Shown here one piece after another: positions 11,741 through 24,811 of a DNA stretch of 43,193 bases. The position numbers and the translations under genes were made by a program. How positions within the stretch are numbered: the first letter of the stretch is position 1; the number at the start of each line of letters is the position of its first letter. The notes beneath the pieces are model-generated. The model saw only the letters and a program-made list of their open reading frames with translations. It was not told the origin of the DNA and made no database searches. Source of the DNA: Dicyema japonicum (lineage: Eukaryota; Animalia; Dicyemida); assembly GCA_011109175.1 (NCBI GenBank), contig RDEW01000127.1, forward strand, positions 1-43,193. The letters run 5' to 3'.

Positions 11741-14149
11741 CAGTTGGGTTCACTAGATTCCTTATGGGAATTGTTCAGATACAATAGTGTCTGAAAAGTA
11801 GCTAGAGGGGAAAGAATTTTGTCTTCTCTGTATTTTTTATTCAAAATTTGACTCCATCAGAGAAAAAACAAAATAAAATTGGCATCGTCACGTTTACTGT
11901 CTGATAATGATTAGGGTCATATTTGGAATATATCTTAGATATATTATAGTTGAAAGCAATTCATGTAAAAATAGATCGAGGAAACTGCCGCTTTATATTT
12001 TTTGCCTTTTGTCATTTTTATTAACATCTTAGGTCGCATTGAAGTGATCTGCTGTGTCTCATTAAATTATTAATCTGTCTCCATTATGACTATTCAGGCA
12101 TTGAGTTCCCAATGGGAGCTACCTCACATGATCGAGAGCCAAATCTTCCTTAGACATCTTGTCATTTTAGACTTTCCCCAGCTAACTCACATAAGTCGCC
12201 TGATCAGTCAGATTAGCTTTGCTGTGTCGGGGTCAATCACGCTAAACTATTCTTTGGATTATACGTGGATTTTTAACATTACTTAATGAAAACCATCTTT
12301 TTTTAATCTATTTTGTAATCTGAATGCAATATTTATTTACCCCTAGTTTATTTTCAATAAAGAAATCTGGTGGCTATTTCTAAATAGAACATTAAAAAGA
12401 AGTATTGACTGCACTCTACCAGGAGATAATTTCTATTACAGCCTTGTTCTCACCTTTTAAAAATATGACACACGGGAAGAAAAACTGATTTTAGTGTTCT
12501 GAATAAATTCAAACAGAAATTGGTCAATCTACCTTTATTTCTAGTAAAACATGATTGACATTAGCTTGAATCGGCAAACCCACTATTAACTACTCTACTC
12601 TATCCCGAATATCTAAACAAGACGATTAAACCAAAATGTATGATAATGGCCTCCTCAATCTGTTATTTGAAGACATCTCCCTTTAAATATTGAGACTTTT
12701 CGTCAACTTCTCGAGTCTCCAAAATCTCAGATATTTTAAAATTTTAAAGTTTTCTTAAATCAGTAAAGTCAGTTATTTTAAAACAAATTCTTTATTATAA
12801 CTTGCAGGTATTGGGAGTTACCCCTATGATCGCGAGCTAGATGTTCTGGAAGTGCAATCGTGTCTATCTAGGCTCTCCCTTCTGCAGTCTTGCAAACAGA
12901 GCGATTAACCTGAAAAACTCAAACGTGTTTGGGCCAAGTACGTTAGATGTCTCAAAAAGATCGGCTAAAATGCGAACCGATCCCAAATATTGCAATACTT
13001 ACATTTTTTCGAATCTTCAGCAGTATTCGTTGCAGAAATAACTTATGGAGATTCTCGTTTGAAAAAGTGTCCGTGCACGTTCAATCCCAAGCAAGACACC
13101 TTCCTTGGCTCTACAACAATGTTTCTCAACGGGTCTCCAGAAAAATTCAGAGAGTCTCCATGAATTTAAGTTTAAAAATAAATAAAATTATATATTAAAA
13201 ATTTTATTAATATTTGCATTGTAAATTTGTCGCAATGTGTTTTCATGATGGCCAAGTTGCTTTATCTCGTTGATATTTCCTTATATGTACTTGCAACACT
13301 TCTTTTAAGGACTCTACAGTTAATTCACAAGGATAGTGAGGCATTGAGTTTTTCATAATAAAAGGTACTGGGTTTATTAATTTAATAAGTGAAACTTTGG
13401 AATTCTTTGACTCAACGGGGACACGACTTGTGTATTTTGGAAGTGGAAGAGTGTTTGATGTACTAGCCATTCTATATAACTGTGCGATGACTACCAAAGT
13501 TAACTGTTAATGTTTTATGAGATTGTTGAGAATTGAGGACTCGACTGTGTTTGCAACTAATCGATGTTTTCTAAAGCATAGTGATTAGTGGTCAGAAGAG
13601 AATAACCTCTGCACAAATATAATTCTTGTCGAGGTATTTTTTGTTACATATCAGTGTCCCTTTTTTAGGGATGTCAAAAAGAGAAATCAGTTAATTTTTG
13701 ATGTTTTGGAATAGGTAAATGTTCATTTTAGTGTAGGAATCATACAAACAAGGAGACGTAATTGGTATATACGGGAGATTTAGGTACATTTTTCTTAGTG
13801 GTCTGTGGAAAGGTGAATTAACGAGTGATTATTAGATAGAAGTCTTGTAGGAAGTGAACAATCAAATAAAGTCAAAAAGTTAATTGAATAAAAGTTACTT
13901 TTTTCGGAGAACTACTTTAGTAATATTGAATCTTCCTAGTTTGGCTGGAGTGGGACTAAAGGACATAAAAATATATAAACTCCCGGATTAGAAGGATTTG
14001 GTAGTATAGAACTGGTAATAATAAAATAATAAAGGAAAGGTTCGAGTTAGGGCATCGAATTTGTATCAGAGTGTCATATAGTAAACTCCAGTCAAGAACT
14101 GCATATTATACAGGAAAAGACATAATATTTTTATGTAATAGTCCACATG

Positions 14150-14870
14150 TAATAATTTTAATTTTTCGTCTATCCACCTTTTTCAGTATCCATGATTCTG
14201 CGCGGAATAGGAAAACCGGTAACACGATTACATTAACCAGTCTGAATTTGGAAAGCAAATATCTTTGCTTTCCAAATTCTATTCATTCTCTGAAAGGTGT
14301 CTCGTCCCATGGCAATTCGCCTTTTGATTTCCAAACCTCCGTCATTATACGATTAATTAGACATCCCAGAAAGACAACATTATCTCAAATCTCTTGTTTC
14401 TTATTCCCATTTTTTTAGTTCCATTATTAGCAGTAGTCATAATTTTGGTCTTCTTGATATTTAGCAATAAACCAAAGACGACGCTCTATTCTCTGAATCT
14501 TTGAATCAAACTCCCTGAGGCCATCCTTTGTTTCAGCCAGTAAGGTTGCATCGTCAGCATAGCGCAAATTATTGATGCTGCCTCCTCCAATAATGGGCAT
14601 CGAATCCAAATTCTTTCAAAACGGACCACAGCTTGTCATGTATAACGGAATCAAAAAGCCTTCCGATAGTCAATGAAGCACATGTGTACACTCTTTTGGG
14701 ATTCATGGGCTTTCTCCATAATCCACCGGACATTTGCTATAAGGTCTCGTGTGCCTCGTCCTTTCCTGAATCCTGCTTGGACATCCGGTAGAATCATTTC
14801 GGCATTTGGCATTAGACGATGTTGTATTATCTTTAGAAGTATTTTGTTGACGAAAAAGATTAAGTATTTA
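14150..14870 (-). mobile_element. RTE-clade RT fragment with internal deletion
   Basis: KILLKIIQHRL..QAGFRKGRGTRDLIANVRWIMEKA..FIDYRKAFDSV then jumps to INNLRYADDATLLAET; the QG box is missing. Confidence 0.85.
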
Positions 14871-16039
14871 TCTAAAAGTAAGGTTGAAGGTAGACTATAA
14901 GATTGATTCACAATTTTGAAATATTAGGGAATCTTTCCAAACGTGTATTATGTGACATGCTGGACTGGTTGCCTTGCTGGACCGGTTACCATCATTTGTC
15001 GTTTGCAATCTGACAGCAGCCACATTTATGCGATGAAGAATATTTAAATTATTTTTTCGTATTTTTAATCGCATTATTGGTCAAGGATATGTGCTTAAAG
15101 ATGTAAGGGCCTTTCTTTTAATTTATAGGTTAAACATTGGAGTCAACTGATATTTTAAACTACCAATTCAAGATGCTCACCAAACGGCAGCATCCTTGAC
15201 TCCCTGTGTAAATAACTTTGATATTTTAAACCTTAAATTTTACTAAAATTTAATTTATCTGTCAACCAACGTGTGACAATTCTAGATTTGTAATCACGAG
15301 AAAGCAATTAACACTGGTTCAAACACATTTAACCAAATTGGAAGAATTCAGAAATTCAACTGTCGTTTAATAATATTGTGATTAACACGTGGATGCAAAG
15401 ACTGACTCACATCGGAAATTCGATTTTTGAACTCCAGCTGCACGAATATTCTGTGCTACCTAAAATTGAAGTGTATAAGGGATTACTGTCTAAAGTCTCA
15501 TGTATATGCTGATGATAATTAAAAATGAATTTTTTGTAGCGTATTGAAAAATCCATCTACTCAACTTTATTTTGTAAGAACACGACAATAATAAGAAACT
15601 GAAAATATAGTCACCAAAATCAAAAAGAAATCACGTTTTTTCAAAAAGAAAAAAAGACTTCATAAAGTAGAGTTAGGTTATAGCGGTAGATCTTCGCTGA
15701 CGATTTTCTACAAGAGAGAGATTTGGTATTTGCTTTCCTTTTACCCACCTGCTTCCTTGAAAGGATGGAAAAACAGTCATTTACACAATAATTTAGAATC
15801 AAATTACTGAAAAGATTGTCATTTGAATAGTTTACTGTAGATTTGTATATATTTTGGAGATCCACTAGTAATTTGAGTAGGTAGCGGTGAGAGAATCGAA
15901 CTCACAGTTAAATTGAAGTATCCTTTCGTTAGTTGGTGAAAGTTAAAAAACACACATGGTTTCATCGTTGTACCCATCCTGATTCTAGACAAGATGGAGC
16001 AGTCCTCATCAATAAAAACTCGTCTGAGCAGTTCTTATA

Positions 16040-16530
16040 AATATCCATTCTCATTGATCTGCTACTTTATTCTAGAGTTTCCGACTATACTGAACGTTTT
16101 AGAATTCTTGGTGGACTCTGCTCGGGCATGTAAATGGATTTCAATATCCTTCTCGTCTTCGTTATGCTTCTGCACCGTCATCCAGTTGCTTTGAACGTCC
16201 TCCTGTTTTGTCTGAGAATGAGTGATTTATGTTACTTCTATTTTGTTGAACCGTTCAAATTCGATGGCATAGGATTCCGGATTGTAGTCGTTCCAACGGT
16301 CTCGTTTTTTCATAAAATTGACAACTGATGTCCGCCGTCAGGTATTATTAATTATTAAAACACCTTCTTCGTAATCTTAGGGTTGGTTTTTCGCGGTCTC
16401 TAATAAATAACGAATTCCGATTAAACATCAAAGAAGTCCTTCTGCTTATGTGTCGTGGCACCACAGTTCTCGTAGGACCCATGTATAAACTATCCATATA
16501 GTGTACCGTCATCTTTCTCCCATGTTTTTG
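16040..16530 (-). pseudogene. SLU7: Unprocessed pseudogene of pre-mRNA splicing factor SLU7 (zinc-knuckle region)
   Basis: HGSYENCGATTHKQKDFFD | 27-nt intron 16400-16426 | RPRK, then KRDRWNDYNPESY, then a 24-nt intron (16212-16235); matches Slu7 GACENCGAMTHKxKDCxERPRK and KRDRWNGY. Two zinc-ligand Cys are replaced (Y, F) and stops and frameshifts are present. Confidence 0.75.
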
Positions 16531-16619
16531 CTATGTATCAATTTTTAAATTTAGCTAATTTAGCTGTTAGAGTTGGTTGATTAACAAACCCATAAACAAA
16601 AAACAATTTTTGTAATAAT

Positions 16620-18640
16620 AACGAATAAATTAAACTAATTAATTAATTAAGCGTATTTTGATCCAGATTGTTGGTAATCTCTCTTCTTCTCTTAGAAGAA
16701 GAGTGTGCCATAACCTCCCTGTTACTCCGCATCTCCACATCAGATTCAGTCAAAATATCTCCGTTTGAGTCCAATGGGCTGTCTCCACGGCATGCCAGTT
16801 CCACAAGTTGGGAGGTAGCAGAGGCGTACTCTTCATCGTATACCATTACCATAACAAATAGTTGAGGGGATAATGAATCTCCTTGCAAAATTCCCCGTCC
16901 CAGTTTTACAGAACCAATTCTTCTTCCATCTAAGTGGAGATTTACAGTCCACTTCTTGACTATGGTCTTTACAAAGTTTACAATCCAACGGGGTATTCCT
17001 GAGGAGTCCAATACATGAAATAAAAATTCATGGTCAACAGAATCAAAGGCCTTCTTCACATCCACCCAAGCAGAATAAAGGGCGTTTCCATACTCCTTAT
17101 TTAAGCATTGATTAATAAGGGCCTGCTCCTTAGCGCCCTGACAATGTTTCCTCGTTCCCAGCTGATTGTCAGATAATAGCCCAAACGAATCCACAAAATC
17201 TGAGAGTTTGGAATTAACACATTTGGTGATAAGTTTATATAAAGTTGGCATACACGTGATAGGACGTAAGTCATTAGGAGTCTCACAATCATCCTTTTTA
17301 GGAATTAAATAGGTTATTCCAGTATAAAACCAACTTTCAGGCATATATTCCCCATTAATAATTCGGTTAATCTCAGTACATAAAAAGCCATGTAAAGATT
17401 CCATTTTCTTAATAAAGAAGTTATATGAGCCATCGCATCCACACGCCTTCCAATCAGGGAGCCATTTAATAACATCCAGGATAAACTCATTTGTGAACTC
17501 TGGCAACATGCCTTCAATACCAGTATTTACTTTACCCACACTGTCATATGGCACGTTCATCTCTTTTCTTTTAGACCACACTTTTTCCCAAAACGACATA
17601 CAATCCTCATCATCGAAGCCATATAACGTTACTTCATTGCTTGCTGATAGGTTCCGATAAAATCTTCTTCGATTTAATTCAAAACAACAGTTGTCCTTGC
17701 GAAAGTCCTTCCTCGAATGATGTACAGCTATTTGCTTTTTCTTAATTCTGACAAGGTCACATAGTAGAGCCTCAATCCTGGCAACCTCCCCCTTTTTGGC
17801 CCTTTTGTATCCATAGGCACAAAGAACATCCATAACCTTTTGTTTTTCATACACAGGGAGAGCTTGTCTGGAAAAGCTATTGACAAGTTCTAGTTCTGCC
17901 ATCAGCTTTGAGATTTTCTTTTCAGTGTTCTCCAACCACGTACTTTGCGGTTTAACCTTCGCAGTTAAAGTCATATAAGCACACTGTGCAGCATATAGAA
18001 TATCAGTAATTTGATTGATATCTTGAGGCGGATTATCTTTCGTAATATAATATATTGCAGAATTTAGTCCCGACAAAACATTAACTCTGACATACTTTCT
18101 CTGAATTTTGGGTGTTGGTTTTCGAGTATCCCTCGGAATTGACTTAATTTTCTCAATTTGTACTTTTAGTTCCTCAAGGCAATTTCTGAAGGTGGAAATT
18201 TCCACATTAGTATTATTTTGCACTTTGAAACATTCGTCTCCTTTTACATTGTTATTCCGATTTTCAGGTTTCAGCATCTTTTTTAGTTGACATAGACTGG
18301 AACTCTTGGAGTACTTTTCATTGAACTTTTTGAGTACGAGGTTCCAGCCACCTCTAGGTATCCTTCCAAATCTTTGTTTCGTGGCAAGAAAAATCTGAGA
18401 TACCCACTCAGCTTCAGAGACACAGTGGACCTCTTCAATAATGGCAGATAATGAATGCAAGTTGGTATTGGCACCAATATTCCCAGCGATGTTGATATTA
18501 GTTCTTGTGACATTATCCAGCCCCACAGACGACGGTCCTGCTTCTACTAAACTATCTTCTTTATTTGATTTTGCAGGAATGCCCATAGGATTCGATTTCT
18601 CGGTATGATTAGAAACGGACATGTCAACACCACAACAACT
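16620..18640 (-). mobile_element. R4/Dong-like element with intact 5' ORF, internally deleted from mid-RT to the 3' tail (659-aa open fusion ORF 16643-18622)
   Basis: Long N-terminus, FELNRRRFYR, KACGCDG, LIPK, RPITC, QLG, DVKKAFDSVDH, QGDSLSPQLF; then an abrupt switch near 16842 to sequence homologous to 27814-27900. No YxDD and no RLE. Confidence 0.85.
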
Positions 18641-18789
18641 ACACGTTTTTAAATTTCTGTTTATAATTAACTTATATTTTATTAAATTTATTTGATTTTA
18701 TTTTAATAAAAATTTTGATTAATTGTAACAATAACGTTGTGTGAATGCTACAATTAATAGGTATATAATAATAAATAATGCTACCAGTA

Positions 18790-19107
18790 TATTCATGCTT
18801 ATGGGATGAAATAGTGGTTGCTATCCAAAACACAGCCTTTAGTGTGCTTGGTCACATCACCAAATCTCGTCACAAACAATGTAATCCGGATATCGGACAA
18901 CTCTCTGTAACACAGAAAGAGCTCAGACTCCGGATGGAAAACACAAACGCTCCGGAAGATATCAAAGTACTGCGCACCCAGAGAGGGAGAGTCTTAACGA
19001 AGATCAAACAAATACAAAGATTCCTTGCCAAAAATGAAGCTGAGGAGAAAATCTCAGACATATTAAAGTACAAGAACGGACCAAGAATGTTCAAAGCAAT
19101 CCGGCTT
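18790..19107 (+). mobile_element. Probable RTE-like APE-RT linker fragment cut by the assembly gap
   Basis: WDEIVVAIQNTAFSVLG..KISDILKYKNGPRMFKAIRL resembles KIESLKDNAKFYEAVKQI of the RTE copy near 33050-33100. Confidence 0.45.
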
Positions 19108-19217
19108 NNNNNNNNNNNNNNNNNNNNNNNNNNNNNNNNNNNNNNNNNNNNNNNNNNNNNNNNNNNNNNNNNNNNNNNNNNNNNNNNNNNNNNNNNNNNN
19201 NNNNNNNNNNNNNNNNN
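19108..19217. other. Assembly gap (110 N)
   Basis: Run of N. Confidence 1.
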
Positions 19218-19499
19218 CCAATACACGTGTCAGCTTGTTATTGTCAAATACTCTCTACCACAATACTCCCATTAATGAAATATACAAGCAATTCCCGTCG
19301 ATCAAATTAGAATTAAATAAATTTGTGATGATTTGTAATATATGTGTATTCATGTTAGTGGGGATTGTATTCCCTTTGATTAGGAGTTTTTGGATCATAC
19401 TGACGTTGATGAGGTCAAACAGAAATGGAGTATAATTGAATGATATGGAGGACTTTTCAATAGTTATTTCGGGGAGACTAATCTATGTACCCATTAAAG

Positions 19500-19850
19500 C
19501 CTTCAACTGTTGTTTTAAATCATCTTGTAATCCGTTGTTTTAAATCATCTTGTAATCATCAATCTGTCCAGCAGTAGTGTTCCTGGTTAATGGAATGTTC
19601 TGACATAACTGTGTATTCCATGGGCAAACAATATCAGATTTCTTAGCACCAATGCTGTATTAATCTCCTTCAATGTAAGATTTGTCACCCATTGGGACCA
19701 TTCGGCTGAGTTCATTGCTCGCAGTAACAGAAGCTACATTGGCTTGCTCTATTTTTGTTATACATTCGATGGTTAGTTTCATAATGTCTTTTTAAGCTGT
19801 ACTCTTGGTGTGGCAATGCTGTTGTTGCAAACTAAAAAATGTATCTTTGC
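19500..19850 (-). mobile_element. hAT (SPIN/Buster, GTF2IRD2-like) transposase N-terminal remnant
   Basis: FLVCNNSIAT, EYSLKRHYETNH, ASNELSR..KSYIEGD, VCP..QNIPLTRNTTAGQIDD, LQDDLKQQLK across frameshifts. Confidence 0.7.
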
Positions 19851-20081
19851 ATGTAAAAAAGTACTGTAGTTTACATTTTTTCTTTAAATAACCGTCTTTA
19901 CTTAAGTCTCCTATCCTAAATGGAGGAAGTTTACGTTGTGCATAGAAAGACAATTTATATAATTATTTATTTTATAATTTAATTAATACATTTGTTTAAT
20001 TGTTAAAAAAAATTTTTGTTTAAAAAAAAAAATTTTATTAATATAAAAAGAAATTTTATTATCAAATGAATAAAAATTAAA

Positions 20082-20720
20082 TTAAGGCATCTGAATGGCC
20101 ATGCTATTTCCCCTAACAATAGCCAACGAGATACGTTCTCGGAACCAACCAGTCTCTCGCGGATCCTTGGTCACAGCTTGAATCATGGAGCCGATCTTAA
20201 GAACCAACTCATCTGCTTGGGAGCCAAGGATTCCTGACGTTTATACCGCGAATGGAACAAATATATACTCCTCCGAAATTCTCTGGTACTTCCTCCTCTT
20301 TCGTTCCTCGGCCTGCTTCGAAGCATGTCCTGGGTCTGAAGTAGAAGCAACCAAATTAGACGGGGAATAAGTATCAACACACGTCGCGTCCCAGATCAGG
20401 TTTCGTCCGTTGGCGAATGGAAAAGTCGTCATCCCATCAGGGCGTTTTCCATCGTTTCGAGAAAGACCAGCAGGTTCTAACAGGCAATGGTGTCCAGCAG
20501 AGGCAAGGGAATTCTTTAATGTCATGTTAAGGCAGGAGTGCCTGGGGAAACGACCCGCACTCATCTTGCATGACATAATAACCGAAACGATTCCACAAAA
20601 GCAATTTATATTTGTTTTAAAATTTGTTAAAATTATCGCCAATAAATTAAACAATTTAAGTATAATGTTATGCACGTAAGCTCCCAGTGCTCTTCCAAAC
20701 ACGCACCTTGTACGACAGTA
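20082..20720 (-). mobile_element. CRE-clade non-LTR retrotransposon C-terminal RLE fragment
   Basis: SCKMSAGRFPRHS, LEPAGLSRNDGKRPDG, WDATCVDT, EERKRRKY, VPFAV*T (E to stop), RERISLAIVRGNS. Confidence 0.88.
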
Positions 20721-21299
20721 TCGCTGCTATAGGAACGTTCGTATATAAGAGTGAACGTATAATTTAAACGTATGAACGTCTTGAAAAGCCTGCTTTCCGG
20801 ATTCCAGTTCCAGTTAAAAAATCACCAAGGAAATGACTCCGAGACATATCTCAAAAACTACAGTCGAGGAAAACCAGGTGCAATTTATTAAAAATAAATT
20901 TATTAATATTATTAAAAAAATGATAAATGGGCAAAAGCACACGGAAAAAATATGCCGTAGGACAGCCCGTATGGAACGGTCCGTACTGGAAAGCGACCTG
21001 CAGTGCAATAGGCGGCAATCCAATAGATAAACTGCCTAAATGATAGCAATAAATCACGACCAGGTAAGTAAATTTTTTATAATGTGCTGTCTCCAAAAAT
21101 CTAACAATATTGCTAAAATATTATAGCCAAAAGAATGCTTTTAAAATCAATAGGAATAAAGTAATTTTAGTTTTTAGATTCTTATTCCTTATTTTAATAT
21201 CCCAATAAATTTTCAAAAGTATTTATAAGTTTGAATTATCGCTGTTGTGGTGGTGTGGTGTAATTGAGAAAAAGTAACCAGAAGCGATATGCACAAGAT

Positions 21300-21890
21300 C
21301 GACAAAAGAGAAGAGCTTTGTGAATTTTGCAATAAAATTAACAAAAGAAAGGCGGCTGATATGTTGTGTCGTTTGTTCGTCGGTTTTTCACATGTCATGT
21401 GTTGGAATGACCAAAAAAGCCCTTACCACCATTACCAACTGGTGTTGCCAGGCATGCCTCCTTCCTGGGACGAAAGAACCATCGACTCCACCCAATTCAC
21501 CTGAACGAATACCCATAGATTACCAGAAAACCCTTGAATCAATTGCTAACCTGTCATCTACACGAAGGATCATGATCAAAATTGCAAAAGCTGCCCGTGT
21601 TCCTGCCTGCCGCGATGGCAATGAAAGCGGGAGAGGCCGCCCGTTTATATGAAAACTCAAAAATAAAGAAATACAGCAGCCTCCTAAACCGTTTCCAAGT
21701 ACAGCCAGTGGTCGTCGAGATGAGCGGAGTCTTTGGCCTCAAGACGGTCTTTTTTCTTAGAGCACTTGGGTGTCTATTGACCAAAGCCTCGAGGTAGCGT
21801 CGGGAAACCGAGTGACTTTTCCAAAGGATATCCCTGGCAGTAGTCAGAGGTAACAGCCACTCGATCATATCCGCTGGATTCAGTAATTAA
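21300..21890 (+). mobile_element. Internally deleted CRE-like mini-element: PHD finger, KIAKAAR motif and RLE C-terminus
   Basis: PHD C4HC3 (CEFC..LICCVVCSSVFHMSC..WCCQAC, 21319-21457, one frameshift); TRRIMIKIAKAARVPA; then AGEAARLYENSKIKKY..QPVVVEMSG..FQRISLAVVRGNS. Confidence 0.72.
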
Positions 21891-22416
21891 CTACTCATGT
21901 TTCCTAATAATAAATTTAATGGATAAATGGGGTGGGAATTAGATATACCTCCTGATCAGTCATATCTGAGAAGTATATTGGTCTAATCTGATAAGGTATA
22001 TCGAAGTAAATCATATTATTTGTAAGATTTATAAATTCGTTTCGTGAAGTCCTATAGTATGCTGGTATTGAAACATTTGGTTTTGGTAAAATTTTGCAAT
22101 AACTTTTTCATGACTGAAAAGTAAATTGACTAAACTTTTGTTTAACAAACCGAGTTTGGTTAGAAATTACACTATTAACCATCTATGAACTGGTAATTCA
22201 AAATATCTTTGTAACTAAATTTATGTTAATATATTACGTATTGTTATTTTAGAAAGGATATTCTGACAAACTATTAAAAAAGTTTTTTATGTTATAAAAT
22301 TGTAACAAATAAAACTGATTAAATCTCATATGATTGAAGCCAATCATAATAATTACTCCGTGTCTATTAATTATGGTTGCAATACATAATACACCTTCAA
22401 GAGGATTCCAGTATGA

Positions 22417-22610
22417 CAGAGACAATTCAAGACTCGGAAATAGATACGATGATTCTGTTTACGTTTCATCGATTTTGGTAAATTTATTCATTGATGTACG
22501 GGAAATGGCCATTCAGAGACAATTCAAGACTCGGAAATAGATACGATGATTCTGTTTACGTTTCATCGATTTTGGTAAATTTATTCATTGATGTACGGGA
22601 AATGGCCATT
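22417..22610. repeat. Exact 97-bp tandem duplication
   Basis: cagagacaattc starts at 22417 and 22514. Confidence 0.95.
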
Positions 22611-23641
22611 GACCACATAGCACTCGCATATGTTAACACAGACATGACAAATTGCTTTTATATAGTGGAAAAGGATTCAACATTGTTTCCAAGAGCTTTT
22701 GCTACACTTTTAGGATTTCTATTCTCTTGGTCAACCAATTCTTCATATGCTTGACAATACCAGAAAATCCTGTAGTCCTTTGATGTGTCAATGAGTTTCA
22801 CTCTTCATGCTGATGAAATCAAGACTAGGAGGCTTAAATTTATAAAAGTCTTCTCAAGACAACTCCCTCATAATCCGTACCATTACCTTAATGCCAAAAA
22901 AGATCCTTTCAACCACATATTGGGAAATTGCATATAAAAAACTGTGTAATAGTAAAAAATCATTGGTGATAGACACAAGTTTATTAGAGATAAAAAAGAA
23001 GTCTAATCAGAGATAATTCTGCATCAGCCATTTCAGTAATTATCTGCAAGGTAGAATAGTTGTTATCCTGACTTTCTAATCAGATGATCAATGTAGACAT
23101 TAATTAGACATTCAAACCACGTGCTGGCAGCATACATGGGGTTCAAAAGTTGCTGAGAAACTTCACAATGGCATTTTTTAAAGAATAATCCAAATGAAGC
23201 TTACGCGGTGCTTTCATCCGGTTCAAAGTTTTTAACTTGAAGTCTAAAGATTTTGCTGATCATCAAAAAGGTTTGTCGTTCATATATCTTCGATGAGCTC
23301 GTCCATTTCTTGGATGATACTCGATATACAATTAAAAATTTAATTTACTTGAATAAGCTGGTTCACCAAAGTGATTGGGTATCGTTCATTTCGCCGATAA
23401 TTAGTTTATCTACATAGTCCTAGAAAACATTCACCTTTTTCGTAGCCATCAAGTCAATCGTGGTTAACCAAACCTGGGACAAGTCTCAGCTTGACGACAA
23501 AAATCTAACTTTCTTACTTTAAAGTACTACTTGTTCAAGATTCCGAGATAAAAACAACAGAAGCCGAGTTGATATGAATGGACAGTAGACATCAAATTTG
23601 GTAATCGATTATTCCTATATTTGCAAGCAGACTGGGATCTC

Positions 23642-23935
23642 TAACCACGTAATTATAATTAGGTACTGGCAGAACTTAAATGCGTACTAAACTACAAAAA
23701 TCCGTTGGGTTATGTTTTGAATTATACCTTCACTTTCAAGAAAAGAAAGAAGATGCTCAACAAGATCACAATTCATTTAAATTTATATAACCACGTAATT
23801 ATAATTAGGTACTGGCAGAACTTAAATGCGTACTAAACTACAAAAATCCGTTGGGTTATGTTTTGAATTATACCTTCACTTTCAAGAAAAGAAAGAAGAT
23901 GCTCAACAAGATCACAATTCATTTAAATTTATATA
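23642..23935. repeat. Exact 146-bp tandem duplication
   Basis: taaccacgtaattat starts at 23642 and 23788. Confidence 0.95.
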
Positions 23936-24000
23936 CAGTCCGACCCCGTATTGGGGCACCAAGTGCCCCAAAAAGCGGGGGTGCCCCAAAAACAGGGGTT
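23936..24000. mobile_element. Possible Tc1/mariner/pogo terminal inverted repeat (single end)
   Basis: TA followed by CAGTCCGACCCC and GC-rich ggggcacc/gtgcccc subterminal repeats; no partner TIR was seen in the window. Confidence 0.35.
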
Positions 24001-24510
24001 TAATAAAACAGAGATTTTAAACATCAAAAATCAAATTTAAAAAAAATAATCAGTTAATTTATCCCCAGTGATCCTTTTACTTCTTACATTTTTCATAAAA
24101 TTAAGTCTAAAATCGTAAAATTCTTTGAGCATTTCAGGAGATATGTAAAAAATTTTCTTCAAACAGTCATAACTAACTAATCCAAGGAAGGAACCAAAAG
24201 GATAACATCTGCTTGTGCCGACCAAATCCATCTTTCAATACTTCACTACAGGCTTCCGTTTCCGAAGAGAGGTGGAGAAGTAGGTCCGCCCTCTTCCATT
24301 ATTGTCCCACGTCCTACCGTCGCAGACATCACTTCATTCTTTAACGGAATAGTTTACATAATGCAATCTTCATCAGAAGGATTGGTCAGGGAAAAAAGTT
24401 CAGTATGTAATGTTGCAGTTCAGTAGGTAAATATAACTATGAGCTATATTTATTCGAGAAAATAAGAAATAATAAAATAAATAATTATATTATTAATTAT
24501 ATCAGCACCC

Positions 24511-24808
24511 CACTTTATTTAACAAACAATAAAAAAGTTAATATATTTAATCAACAACCTTCCTCGCCTGCCTGTTCGCCAGCCTCCTCAGGCAGGTTCG
24601 ATTCTGGTTGCTGAAACAACTCCGAGAGCGCCTTGTCTAATTGAACCCTCTGCCCATATGGCATCTCAGGACTCTGCCTCCTATAATCCAGTGTCAGGCT
24701 TTCTAGGGTCCGCTTTAACACAGTGGACTGTAGATAGGCCTGGAGCTTCCTATCTACCCCCAACTGCTTCAGATAACCCTTGTGGTACTTTGTTGCAATT
24801 CCGCGTCA
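24511..24808 (-). mobile_element. 5'-truncated 3' end of the R4/Dong-like element, abutting an LRR pseudogene
   Basis: Near-identical to about 9077-9379; same AAATAAAGTG terminus. Confidence 0.88.
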
Positions 24809-24811
24809 CAC

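Noticed and set aside
15880-15905. Minus-strand GTGAGTTCGATTCTCTCACCGCTACC, resembling a tRNA-Leu T-arm and acceptor 3' strand
   Set aside because: No 5' acceptor strand, D-arm or anticodon arm upstream and the T-stem is imperfect; at best a fragment, so no tRNA was called.
22600-23500. Possible decayed gene on the minus strand
   Set aside because: Many stops in all frames and no motif could be assigned.
22417-23935. Direct repeats as a possible CRISPR array
   Set aside because: Only two adjacent copies each, no spacers, eukaryotic context and no cas genes.
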